64,000 bases of DNA, from contig OZ024743.1 in assembly GCA_964016885.1 (NCBI GenBank), forward strand, positions 5,704,001-5,768,000, given 5' to 3'. Shown in pieces: positions 1 to 64,000 of the stretch; the first letter of the stretch is position 1, and each line of letters opens with the position of its first letter. This DNA comes from Eledone cirrhosa. Its lineage: Eukaryota. The notes below the pieces were generated by a model. That model was not told the DNA's origin, searched no databases, and worked only from the letters and a program-made list of their open reading frames with translations. A program made the position numbers and the translations under genes.

Positions 1-745
1 ATTGCTGCATTGTGTCCAGGTCTGATTGTAGGAAAGAGTTGTAAATTTCAGGATCAGTCCTTTTGATTTCAAGGTACAGCTTGATGTCATCTGCATATTT
101 TAGTACCGTGGCATTCTGTAAGTTGGCATCTATGTCATTAATATATGCCACAAACAAAAGAGGACCAAGAACAGATCCCTGTGGTACACCAGATGACATC
201 TCATATGGTGAAGAATGCTGTCCTAGAACCGTGACTACTTCCTTTCGGCTGAGAATGAAGGATTTCAGCCAGTCGAAAAGATCATCCCTCACACCCATTG
301 CAGAGAGTTTTGCCATAAGTCTTTTGTGTGGCACAGAATTAAAAGCCTTATCAAAGTCAAGGTAAACAACATCCACCCATGAGCCGCTGTCAGTGATCCG
401 GGTGATGTCCTCAAGAAACTCGATAAGCTGATCACAGCAGCTGGAGTTAGGGATAAATCCAAACTGTGAGGGCCGGATGAGGCTGTGAGAGCTCCAGAAG
501 TTCCAAAGTGTTTCTCTGACACAGGATTCCATCAGTTTGGCCATACAGCTAGTAAGACTGACTGGACGATAGTTGACAGGTGACATGCGGTTGCCCTTTT
601 TGAACAGGGGAATGACACTGGCAGTTTTCCACTGCTCCGGAGTAGCACCATTGCTGGGACAGTATTGAAAGAAAAAAGAAAGCTGGCGCAAAAGGAAATC
701 CCCGCCACGTTTGAGAAGCAGGTATGTCACACCATCAAGACCAGA
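1..745 (-). mobile_element. CR1/L2-group non-LTR retrotransposon reverse transcriptase fragment (runs off window start)
   Basis: Minus strand reads NYRPVSLTSCMAKLME...DFDKAFNSVPH...SGVPQGSVLGPLLFVAYIND...LKYADDIKLY; at least one frame disruption. Confidence 0.9.
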
Positions 746-820
746 TGTTATACAAAAGCCATACGTCTTCGAAATACGTATAATAAAATAAATAGGGATG
801 GACTAACGTAATCGTCTTAC

Positions 821-1192
821 AAGTACAGGATGTCCCCCAAAATGTATACACACTTCAAAATCATTCTAATAAAAGTGTGTATACAATTTTAGGGATACCC
901 TGAATATATATATATATAGAGAGAGAGAGAGGGAGGGGGAGAAGCTATCGTCCGCTTAGCGCTGCAGTCAAGATATTACCTATCTCCGTACCCACAAGTG
1001 AATCCGAGATAGAGGTAATACCACCCTAACTGCGGCACTAAGCGGACAAGCTGAAACCGCTTGGCGCCGCGAACGGTGGACCCCCCTCTCTCTCTCTATA
1101 TATATATATTCAGGGTATCCCTAAAAATGCATGCACACTTTTATTAGAATGCTTTTGAAGTGTGTATACATTTTGGGGGACATCCTGTACTT
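821..1192. repeat. nested inverted repeat: two inverted copies of a small Tc1/mariner-type MITE plus microsatellite, around a GC-rich self-complementary core
   Basis: 821-940 is the near-perfect reverse complement of 1081-1192; inner stems 950-968/1029-1047 and 974-986/1006-1020. Confidence 0.9.
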
Positions 1193-2077
1193 ATATATAG
1201 ATTGAAAGTCTGCTTTTTTTTAAAGAATTTATTTATTTGAGATATTAAAACATCAGATTACCAATTATTTTCAAAATATAATGCTAGAAACCGAGATGGT
1301 ATATTGAAAACCGAGACCGGGGTAGAGTGGAGGGCACGATTATCAAGCCTGGTTGTTTGTACATGTTCTTTGGGACGTTTAGTAGTCTTTAAAATAACGT
1401 AACAAAAGTAACTTTTACTGAGAAGTGAATAATTAATGGCTCGGAGTGAAAATCTTTTTCTATTAATGTTATAGAAGTTAAAAAACTGATAGAACAGTTA
1501 AATGATTAAAGGCGTTTCGGCCATGTCCATCTAATATTTTTGTTTATTCAAGACTATAATTTCCATCGTGTTTTTTTTAAGAGGCAAATCTGACTGCTAC
1601 TTTTAGCACATCGAACGATCGTGTAATTGCTTCCGTGTTGACTAGATTAACATTTTAATTCCGGTAAGGAGTATGGTATAAATTGTCAAAATAAATAAAC
1701 AAAATAAGTACAGATTATAGAATGTACATTCTGAAATAAAACTAAATTCTATCTTATTACTTCTTTTATTTTGCGGTTTATTTATTATTTTGCGCAACAG
1801 TTATTGAAAACGTGTTAGAGAAAATAAAAAAAATATATACATCGCGGATTTCCAATGCAGACAATTTGCAGAATCAAAGAACGAGAACTTACGTGAAGAC
1901 TTACGAAAGTTTACGAGATGTTGTGCAATGGAGGTTGTATGTAGTTTCCGGGAAGATTACCATCGTTTGTTTTTTGCTGGATTTACATGAGGAAGAGAAA
2001 AATAAATCGAACAAAACAGCCTTCGGATCAGATGTGTGACATAAACACGGAGTTAGAGATTGAATACAAACATCATA

Positions 2078-53122
<51,045 letters not shown>

Positions 53123-55031
53123 ATTCAATTACTGCATATCACATTTAGTAGATGTCAACCAATGCCACGCATTTTACTTATCATAGGAAAAACTTTCAAC
53201 ATAGACTTATTATTTGAATTTTTTTCTGACATGCTCTGTTAAAAATTATTACAGATGCATACAACCACTCATAAGCATACGTACATAAATGGTATGTCAG
53301 CAATTATCTCTACATATGCATACATGACCTACATGGATTATGTTATTGATGGCAGCCTTCTAAAAGCTACCTTGTATATACATCTATATATGCACTCCTT
53401 ATACTCTGAGTATATGGTTAAAAGATCGGCCCAGTTTTTAGTTGTGGGTATTACCAGGTTCAGTTAGTAACACCCATGCCCCCCCCCCCTTTTTTTTTTG
53501 TTTTTTTTTTTTTGTAATTGTTGTCTGCTGTGAACTGGCTTTCAGAATGATTTCCAGGCTGCAGTTTACACCTCAGCCATTTGTATTTCTAGAACTCAGG
53601 AGTTGGGGTTCTGATTTTTTTTTTTTTTTTTTACTTTCAATTTTTTTTAAAGTAGAAAAAAAAAAAAAACTAAATTGCATTTCTAAAAATATATTATAGT
53701 CTTGTTGTTTTTTGTTTGTTTTTTTTTCATGGTGGGAGAGTTAATCGAACCATTATGTGTGTATGTGTGTATTGTATATATGTATGTTCTAAAGAGGGGA
53801 GAAATGTGATTTTTATTTATGTTATATGGAAATTTCAGAGACACCATAATTTGAAATGAAGGGAATACAATATTCATAAAATTATTGATTCTTTCTTATA
53901 TTTCTTTATTTCTTCCTCCCCTTTCTTTCATTTTCTTCTTTCTCAAACTCTTTCTTTCTCTCTCTCTCTCTCTCTCTCCCAATAGATGTATCATATATTT
54001 ATTGGTCAGTTTTTTTCTTTATCACCTTGTCACTAAAAATAAATTTTCTGTTATATATTAGAAGTTGTTGAAATTTAGAACAATTCTGAAGAGATGCTAC
54101 AATGTATGAGTGGTTATTTGTTGTTCTCTGCAGTAGGCAAAGTACCAAAATTTGCTTCTCCACTTACCTTACAGCAGTAAATGATTTTATAGGTGTACAT
54201 TGGCTTACTACAACAGTGTTTCTCTTATAAATGTCAATTTACAGTGTACTATATTTAATAATTCAGAATATAACTTTTCTATAATATAAATTGCATGAAA
54301 GAATTTTCTTGTATTTCTTTTACAGCAAAATATATCATAGTTTGTTAATCTATATATAACATATAGTATTGACTAAATAGTGAATCACTTATCTTCTCTA
54401 CATTTTATCTAGTTGTGAAATGTATTGCTCTGATCTACTATGTAATGATACTCTTATAGTAATTACATTAAGAATGATGCAGCTCATAAAGTCCATCTAG
54501 ACTATAGAGGTATAGAAAAACAATTGTCAAAGATCATTTTCAATACAATTGATGATGTCATTGAAAATATTGAACATAACATTGGTTACACTAGCAAAAT
54601 TTGTATAAATAGCATTACAAATATGTTTTAAATATATACATAAATATCATTACAAATGCGTTATATAATGGATATTTTTTTTTGTTCATAAACTATAGTT
54701 TTTCTAACATTTGATTTGTTTTAATCCTTGAAACTACATCAGAGACCATTCTAATTCTGATTATTTAATTTACTAATTGAGATTTTTCTTGTTGTTGATT
54801 TTATTAATTCCTAATATGGTTTAATATTAAATCTATCTTTTTATTTATTTCTACAATTTAGTCAAAGGAGGAGGGCAGTACCATCATCTTTGCAGGCTTT
54901 TTCAGGCTGGCAAGACTGATCTAGTTTTTGTTCAGTTTAGTGTTGTTCTGTAGGCTAATGTACATTGGAAAAACTTGTATATGGAAGAAATTGAAGAAGG
55001 TTATAGTTCAGGAGATAAATAATTGGGCAAA

Positions 55032-55290
55032 TGACATGTAGAGATATAGTAGAGACAACAGTGACATTAAATAGTGTAGAGATATAGTAGAGACAACAGT
55101 GACATAGTGTAGAGATATAGTAGAGACAACAGTGACATTAAATAGTGTAGAGATATAGTAGAGACAACAGTGACATAGTGTAGAGATATAGTAGAGACAA
55201 CAGTGACATAGTGTAGAGATATAGTAGAGACAACAGTGACATAGTGTAGAGATATAGTAGAGACAACAGTGACATTAAATAGTGTAGAGA
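55032..55290. repeat. 33/38-bp minisatellite, ~7 copies
   Basis: Unit agtgtagagatatagtagagacaacagtgacat with or without taaat. Confidence 0.95.
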
Positions 55291-55914
55291 AGCAGTGATT
55301 ATTATAGTAGCAGTAGAAACATCACTATCATCATCATTATCATTTTGTGCCTACCTTTACATACTGACATGAGTTGGATGAGACTTTGTTGAGGTGGAAT
55401 TCAATGGCAGGATCATCTCTCTGGTGTCAATCTTTACTTGTTTTTAAGTAAGGTACAAACTACTGAACTGCATGGTATAAACAAACATTACCTTCAAAGT
55501 GCTGTCAATGTAAAATAAAGATACATGTGTATATATACACACACACACAATGAACTTCTGCACATTTTCCTCTACTAATTTTCCCCACAAGGCATTGGTC
55601 AGCCTGAAACTACAGCAGAAGATACTTGCCCAAGATGTCATTTGATAGGATTGAACCGGAAACACTGTGCTTGCAAAGCAAATTTCTTAACAACACACCC
55701 TCTGCCTATAACTATGCTGATGCATATCATCACCATTGTCACTGTTTTAACTTGCATGGGTTAGATAGGTTGGCACTTTATAAGACAAGTCAGGTTGGGT
55801 GACCATGTCTTGTTCATATGGATCTGTATTTTGGCTTGGTTTCTTGGGCTAGATGCCTTTTCTAACACCAACCACATTACAGTGTGGACTGGGTGCTTTT
55901 TATAGTGGCACCAC

Positions 55915-56615
55915 CTTCTCCCAGGTCTTCCTCTACTGCGGCTTCCTTTCATTGTGATTACCTGGCACTTTTTCTCTCAGCGATCATCATCCATGCTCAT
56001 CACATGTCCATACTAACACAATCGTCTCTCCTGCACACTACTTCTGATTCCTCTTTTCTTTCAGTTCATCCAAGCTCTATCATTCTCAGACAGTAACATT
56101 GCATATCCATCAAAACAAACTTGCTTCATTTTTCTCCAACCTCCACATATCCTCTGCATTCATTGCCCATGTTTCACTACCATGCAACTTTGCAGATAGG
56201 CATCATTCAGCCAGTTTTTCGTTTGTTTGGAGAAACCTTTTGTTGAGGGAGTAGCTCCGTAAACTTCTTCCAACTTATTCTTATTCTAGCTATTTGCTCT
56301 CGGAGCACCCTCTTCCACTGCTAATTAGGCCACCTCGGTAGCAGAAGTTATCAACCATTTCTATAGATCCTCCTTAGGATTGGAAAATGTTTATATCACT
56401 GACCCCCTTACTATCAATTACCCCTGTATATTTATTACACACGTCTTCCTTTCCTGTTAGTCTTCCTGCTATCCCACTACACCTCTTGTGTGTCCAAGAT
56501 TTGCATTGTATACATCATATAGAGTTTCTGCCTACTCCTTTTCTACATATGGAACAGGGCCACTTTCCTGATGGAACCAGGGCCCTGTCTTCTTTCCTAC
56601 TTACTAACATGTTCA
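55915..56615 (-). mobile_element. RTE LINE 3' fragment
   Basis: KWPCSICRKGVGRNS..CI, NFCYRGGLISSG, GRPGR on the minus strand. Confidence 0.8.
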
Positions 56616-56624
56616 TTTTCGCTA

Positions 56625-56704
<80 letters not shown>

Positions 56705-56706
<2 letters not shown>

Positions 56707-56927
56707 TATGATTCATTTCATACATGTAACATATATTGTGCTACATTAGGTTTCAAGGCCTAGGTATAGCAGCAACTGCACTGTACATGATGGTGCAAAA
56801 TGCATGAAGCAGCATTGCAAGACTTAGGGCTATGTCATCATTCTGCACTACAGTGTACAGTTGTTGCCTTATCTAAGCCTTGAAACCTAAGTTAGTGCAT
56901 TACATGTTATGTGTATGAATCATAATA
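56705..56927. mobile_element. fold-back MITE-like element
   Basis: ttaggtttcaaggcc.. / ..gccttgaaacctaa arms, extending to attatgattcat / atgaatcataat. Confidence 0.7.
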
Positions 56928-57260
56928 AATTAGTTTTCTTGCACTAGAGATATCTCCATTTTTCCTTCCCATGGACATTTTCACTAAATACATGCATACA
57001 TGTGTGTGTGTGTGTGTATATATATGCAAAAAGTAAACGGAAACAACAAAACAAATGGCACAGTACAATAAAGAAATATATTTGTTTAACGCTTGATATA
57101 GTAAGCAAAAAGTCATTACATCTCGGACACTAGGCTTTCATCAGAAGATAGAATGAGAAATAAAAGATGTAATAGAAAGATAGAGAATGAGAAAAGAGAG
57201 GAACAGAAAAAGGTTTTTTGAGAAAAAGCATGTGTATTCAATTAGCCAACTTAGAGAAAA

Positions 57261-57337
<77 letters not shown>

Positions 57338-58989
57338 AATTATAACTACTCCATTACCAAAGGTTTCTGGATCCCAGACAATATTAATATATGTCTGGAT
57401 CGGTCATCAGACAGAGATGTTATGGATAAAAAGTACGTAACTGTACATAAATGTAACAGGTGCATAATGGTAATGTAATAAAGAAATAAAGATTTTCGTT
57501 TGATAAGAGAGAAAGAAGTCTTGCTACTTCTGTGGTCACAGGCATAACAGAAGACAATGAGAAGTAAACAAAGCAGGGGTGACCTAACTAATATGTTAAA
57601 GTGGTAGAATAGATTATCCAAAGAAGAGAGGGGAGGAGTGACAAAGTAACAGGAACAGTTAGGTGGTAAAGATTGTAAAGCATGGTTTTTTGCTCCACAA
57701 CATATATCCCACTATATGGCACTCTTGGAAAATGATTTCTATACCTTTCAGCTGACTAATATAGGGGAATTTGTAGATGTAAATTATAAGGAAGCTTGGC
57801 ACACGCACACACATATGATGTTTGTGTGTGTGTGTATATTTGTTCATTTGTCTATGTACGTGTATATATGTGTGTACATATATATATGTGTGTTTGTGTG
57901 TGTGTGTATATACATATATATATATATATATATGTGTGTGTATAATCAGCATAAAAGTTTGTCTTGAAACTATCACCATTTTTCAATAAATTGCAAAATT
58001 AAATACAGACATCTAGATCAATCCCAGAATAGTCATGAATAAAAAAAAAAAAATTCCAACCCTGTGATGACACCTTCAGGTGAAATGGCAGATTCAAGAA
58101 AGGTGGAGTAAGCTTGAAAGTTCTAATTGAGTTTGAGTGTGACAGTTGAAGAAGAGTTTTCTAAAATAGAATATTATCTCTAAAATAGAATATTATCCCG
58201 TCCAAACCCATGCAAGCGTGGAACATGGACGTTAAACGATGATGATGATGATGATATCTCCCTCATCCAATCTCCCTTTAAACTCTCTCTTCAACACTCC
58301 CTTTATACTTGTCTCATGCTCTCTCTCTCTCTCTCTCTCTCTCACAAATTGTGTTTGTGTTTGTAAATTCTTAACTACATGTGTTTGTATGTGTGTATAA
58401 TGTGATATATATGCATTACATATTAGTATGTAAATATGTGTTCATGTATGTATAAATTCATATACATGCAATATGTTTGTACTTGCATGTATTTGTATGC
58501 CTTGCGTTGGTGTGTGTATATATGTGCATATTTATGAATCTGTACACGTTAAAAGAATGTTTTCTTTATGTGTCATCTTAAAAGAGACTGGGTTGTCATG
58601 TTCCCATAGAAGGATGCTCTCAATGTCCCTGTTCATGAAGTCATTGTATGTATAGTATGAGGTGTTTAAGTTGTATTTGGAAAGTTAACCCTTTCATTAC
58701 TATATTTCTAATACACACTCCTGTGTGTTTCAATTAAAACCTGAAATATTCCTGAATTTAAACTGATTTTGTAAAACCACTATAACTTTTTTTATTTATA
58801 AATTAATATATTAAAGTGCTGTCTCAAACACAACATAATATAATATTCCTCCATAAATCTATTATAGAATTTATCTCAAAGTAACTCTAATTGCAGTAAA
58901 TGCAAGTCAAATTTGAAATTTTGTTTAGATATCATATAAAATGAGTTAGCCAATATTTGAATATATTATATAGCTTACCAAAGACTTAT

Positions 58990-59205
58990 TGTGGATTGGC
59001 AGAATTGGTAGAGCGTCAAACAACATGCTTAGCGGCATAGTTATGGTCCTTTACGTTCTGAGTTCAAAACCGCTGAGGTAGCTTTACCTTTCATCCTTAC
59101 GGGGGTCGATAAAATAAAGTACCAGTAATGTACTAGGGTCGATTTAATCGACTTTCCCTTTCCCCTAAAATTGTTGGCCTTGTGCCTAAATCAGAAATCA
59201 TTATC
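58990..59205 (+). mobile_element. tRNA-derived SINE of a second family
   Basis: tggcagaattggtagagcg (A box)...gagttcaaa (B box)...cctttcatcct..ggggtcgataaaataaagtaccag; degenerate relatives near 24700 and 42700. Confidence 0.8.
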
Positions 59206-59899
59206 ATACTTGCAGTAACTGAAATTTCCTCAGTTTTGAAAACTAAAAGATTGGAAATTTATAGAGAATCATGAAAGGGATTATTTATTTTGAAAATGTA
59301 TTTTTTTTTAACCATTGGATTCTCAAAATGGTGTAACTTCCACATACGTAGTACTGAAGGTGAATTCTTTGGAGAGAACATTTTTGAACACTATATTCTT
59401 TGTTTTACTAATCTCAAATGTGTTCTTACTTAAGAGTTATTAGCTATTATGTTTATGTCAAGAATTGAACATACTCTAGTAAGTGTTATGTAGAATTGTC
59501 TTTGAGAAAATACTGGTTCATTTCTGTTTGATTTTTTTATTGTTACTATGTTATTAAAATATTGAAAATCTTTTGAAAAAATAATGTATATAGTAAACAC
59601 TTTAAGCAATCTTAACTATGGAACACAATATTGTCAGAAATTTATCCAGTTTAGAATAGGTACCATGACTGTGTTTTAAGAGGTGACTAAAGAGGTTGGT
59701 GCTAGGAAGAACATTCAACCATTAATCATTGTCTCAAAAAGGACCACATGATGAATATGAAGTCTGTGATCGGGTTTGCAAGGCTAATCACTGTTTTAAC
59801 AGAAAATAGTGCATATAACTGGACTTGAACCCCTCAGTCATGGTGAACAAAGTATAGAGCTGCCAACTGAGCTGTAAATTGTAAAAAAAAAAAAAAAAA

Positions 59900-60645
59900 T
59901 CAGTAATATCCACTTCGCAATTTGAAATATTTATTTTGCAAATAATTTGTTCTATCTATAATAGAGACCAACAAAATAAAACATTTCTGCTGTCTCAGAA
60001 GTTAGACCTGCCCAATATGCCATCAGTTTTACCCTATCTCTAATTTTGGAGATACATCATACTTCTTTATGTGCTGATGTCTATACCTGGAAACTGAAAT
60101 TAGGGACCCCAGCAACACCTTATATATTGGTCCCTTACAATTTTGATGTTCATGTTACAGCTAATTTTATTAAAATTGGAGAGCATGTTCTCAACTAATT
60201 CAGAGTAGGTGTCTGTCTTATGGTTCCTGAGAAAGCTTTTGACAAAAAGAACTAATGAACATTCACAGGACTCACTGCTGTCCATTGACTCTATGAAATA
60301 TGAATCTTAGAGAGACCATAAAACCCATTCTCTTGCTTTAAATTTTCTGTACTCAAGCCAGGGAATTTACTGTTTAAGGAACCAAAGCAGACACCTTCTT
60401 TGTTCAGTGCCTTTCATTTTTAGCTTTTCTGCTGAAATATACTGATTTAGTGATATGTGGTTGTTTTAATAGTGTGTAATGGATTAATAGCATTAATATT
60501 GTTATTTTTGTATGAAAATAACAGATTATTGATTAATTAAAGAGGGCAAAACTGATGTCGTTTTTTTGAATCAGTGATCTAAATATATCCAAAAAGTGGT
60601 CTAAGTTCTATGGCACCACAATTTAAGGTGCTACTGGGTCCCTAA
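59900..60645 (-). mobile_element. DNA transposon remnant, Chapaev3/CMC-like transposase fragment
   Basis: Minus strand SLVLFVKSFLRNHKTDTYSELVENMLSNFNKISCNMNIKI resembles the NFLGN..LV..ML....GCNMSIK block; family assignment is from memory. Confidence 0.5.
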
Positions 60646-61394
60646 TGTAAACACAAGTGATACATCAGCATATAAAGGGGTATATCTCCAAAACGAGTTG
60701 GTAGGACGAAACCAATTATATATTTACAATTAATGACCCAAATATATCGGAGAATAAATGTAATTTCTTACCCCCCTCCCATATATTTTATGTAATGTAA
60801 CACAAGTAGGTTATTCATGTACAGAAGGAAAAGCATGGGAGATATAACCAAAAGTGTCAGTACATGCTGTAAATTGTGGTCAGAAAGGAAGGTTCCAATC
60901 CAGTTAAGAAATGTGTGAAATCAATATGCAGATTACTGAAATGGGTGATTCTAAACCTGATATAATTACAGGCTTTGTTGAAGTGAACTACACCAACAAT
61001 TCTTTTGCTAAAGTTCACTGTTTTGGTGAATAACATAGGAGAGCAAATATCTGGGAGATATAGCTCCATGGAAGCCATATAGGTAATCACTTATTTATGG
61101 AAGTAATATTTAATTTTTTCAATTGAAAATATAAAAATATGATTTTTGCTGTAAAAATACACCCAAAGGCAATTTAGTATTTTGGTTGTCAAGTCTTTAG
61201 TAGACCTATTAATAAAAGAAGTTTAATTTATTTTTGCTGGTGCAAAAAACCAGATCAAACCAATATTCTTTTCTTAAGATCTAATTTTCTATTTGGGATT
61301 TGTTCACTGATATATTGTATTTGCCAAGTTTGTGTCATAAAACTGAAAATGACAATCCCACATGCCATAAGATAAAAGTTTAAAATATTTTTAA

Positions 61395-61806
61395 AAAAAT
61401 GAGAATATTGACAGCTTGAAAAATTGAAAATTCAAGAGTATATACTTCAGGGGAAAAAATAATAAAAAGACATTCTTAAATATATTTTATTTGGCAAACA
61501 TTATTTACATAAAAAAAAATAATAAATGTCAATAAAAAATATCAAAGGTTTTACTTTATTAAGGAAATATTTAAAAATATATAAATAAAGTCTTTTAAGA
61601 TTTTTTTTCTATTATTTCCTTAATAAAGTTACAGCTTATGTATTTTTTATGAACTGATGATGATTTATTTACAGTTTTTTAACAAAATATTTGCCAAATA
61701 AATAGATGTCTTAACAATGTATTTTCTTTAATTTTTCCCTGAAGTATATTTTCGCTATTTTTAATTTTTCTTTCTTTTTTTTCAAGCTATTGGTGTTTAC
61801 ATTTTA
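61395..61806. mobile_element. AT-rich fold-back (palindromic) MITE-like element
   Basis: tatacttcaggg../..ccctgaagtata, tatttggcaaa/tttgccaaata and actttattaaggaaata/tatttccttaataaagt nested arms. Confidence 0.7.
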
Positions 61807-63234
61807 TAATATTTATACATTTGGTGTTTCTAAAACCTTCAATATTTGCTATACGATATACTTGCTAATAGTCAACTAATTGATACTTTACTGAAAAAAA
61901 TATTATATATACCTATGATGCTATCATCATTATTTTTTACATCCACTTTCCATGCAGGCATGAATAGGACAGGCTGTCAAGGTCTAAGTTAGTTTTTATT
62001 CAGAATTACTGCCCACTTAGATGTGTCAGAAGACATCTTGCTTGTACACTCCATTTTTGGCATGGTTTCAATGACTGGATATCCTTAACTCCGGCCACTT
62101 TACAGAGTGGCACCAACATTAGATAGGTTTTCAAGTGCCCTGCAAAGTTAAAGAGTCCTTACTATTATATGGTGTCTCCATTTATTCAAGGCAGCATGAC
62201 CAAGAGAGTGAATAGAAGAGAAATGACAACAACCAGTATGAGCAAGTGAAGGGAGTGGGAGTATGATGGGGGGGGGGGACATCATATTGGAATGAGGGGG
62301 TGTTTTTGTTACTTGTCACACTTGATAAAGACATTGTTTGGGTTCTATATTTTTAGAAGGAGTCAATGTAAGTGTGGTTGTGCATAAACTGTATTAGTGT
62401 AGATTGTTCATATTGAAAATGAAATTCAGGCAAATAGATATTCCAGATTTTGGCCACTTTCTGTATATAAACCAACAGGATATAGAGGAAAAGGGTGAGC
62501 ACCAGGTACAGAGTATGATTCTAGTCCTGCACTGTGTCTTAAATATAACTTAATAAATCTTATAACTAGCTGTGATAGTTTTAGTTAACTTAAACATGGT
62601 AGTTGACAACTGTTTTGAATACTGTATGAATTTCATACAGTAAACCTGGCATTCTTTTTATTTCCTTTTTACATAAAAACATGTCCTTATTTAATATACT
62701 AATATAGTTGTATAATCCATGATCATTAATAATTTTTAATTCTTAACGTTTTATATCACATGAAATGACATTAGCAAGGCATTCTTGAAAAATACAAAAC
62801 AACACTATAACTGCATAACATTAAAAATTAGTGTTTTGGTTTACTGCAAATTTTCACAACAATCTGTCCACTAGTAAAGATGCTATACACATCTGAATAA
62901 CTTAAACCTTTTTAGATATTTTCTACTAAATCATTACATGATGATAAGAATTAATTATATTTTTAATATGTAAAGGACAAATTCCATTTTTTAAATAGCA
63001 TTGACATGTTTTTAATAAAACTTCATGAACTGTCAAAAAGAAAGATTTTTATCACTTTGATTTTTTTCTATCATGAAAAATATCAAAGGGAGGTTTTTTG
63101 CTAATTTTCTTAATTTTCTCTGAGAAGAAAAGCAGGTAATTTGTTTCTTTTCTTTGAAATACATTTGAAGATGCACATAATATATATCTAATGTATGTGC
63201 ATGTTTGTAAGCCTGTGTGTATGTGTGTATGCAC

Positions 63235-63276
<42 letters not shown>

Positions 63277-64000
63277 TGTGTATTATGCTAACATATCTAT
63301 TATAACAATATGCATGTGTTGTCAAAAGGATTCTATTTCTTATTCCTTTCCTAAGTTGCCCATTACTGTGAGAAAATGTTGAAGTTATGGAGAAAAGAAA
63401 AATGGCAATAATTTTTTAAAATATAATATATATTTACTTAAGAGGTTCATTTCAAAAATTGCTTGAAATAATTGCCTCCCTTAGATACACATTGTAACTT
63501 GCTTATAGTTGATTTATTTCTGAAAAATAACACTTATACAATTAGAAACACCCAGCACTTAATATATAAGGATAAGGGGACAAGAAAAAAAAGCATTAGT
63601 TAATATATGTTGACTTATTTCTCATACAGTGCCTTGTATTAGATTTATGAGTGTTGTTAAACATTTGCTGCATTTATCGATAAAGAGAAGCAGCATGATT
63701 TTTTGGGGTTTTCTTTTATTTTTATTTATAATAATCATTTCTTGCCAATATTAAAAAAAATATTACTTTTAATCTCATTTGCTTTTTTTTTTTTTCAACT
63801 TCCCAATATTTTTTTTCCTACAAACTACTGTAATAAAGTATTCCTTCAACACTAATTCATTCTTTATGGATTTTAGATAATTCCTTGCTTATGTACTTTA
63901 AAAAAAAATGATACTGATCTTCACATTTCTTTTGTCACAATTTCAGATATTTTTATGATGATCCATTTAGTTATACATATGCATAAATTAGTACAAATGA

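Noticed and set aside
63-365. 100-aa + strand ORF
   Set aside because: Antisense shadow of the minus-strand CR1-like RT.
53123-64000. A second protein-coding gene downstream
   Set aside because: No recognisable exon or domain found; only UTR-like, repeat and AT-rich sequence. Small exons cannot be excluded by eye.

Overview
AT-rich, intron-dominated animal genomic DNA. The repeat content (RTE-clade LINE debris, tRNA-headed SINEs with (GAT)n tails, long (TA)n/(GA)n microsatellites) looks cephalopod/octopus-like; this is an inference. The window holds one apparently complete + strand gene, the Hippo/MST1-2 (STK3/STK4) kinase. I reconstructed it by hand as 14 coding exons from ~2078 to 53122 (~522 aa; kinase domain, linker with TM motifs and a caspase-like site, C-terminal SARAH domain) with consistent intron phases. 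The first two exons are less certain. The rest is transposon-derived: CR1-like and RTE LINE fragments, Tc1/mariner elements, MITE-like fold-backs, SINEs, Penelope-like remnants and minisatellites. Best second-look items: (1) hammerhead-ribozyme-like motifs antisense in hippo introns, inside Penelope-like inverted repeats; (2) an 80-bp minisatellite whose every unit folds into a hairpin; (3) a tandem GC/GT splice donor at the SARAH boundary; (4) a perfect 51-nt copy of exon sequence pasted into the next intron; (5) several long inverted repeats in one intron that could make the pre-mRNA an ADAR substrate; (6) a nested 370-bp palindrome upstream of the gene. Most ORF-track entries are spurious.
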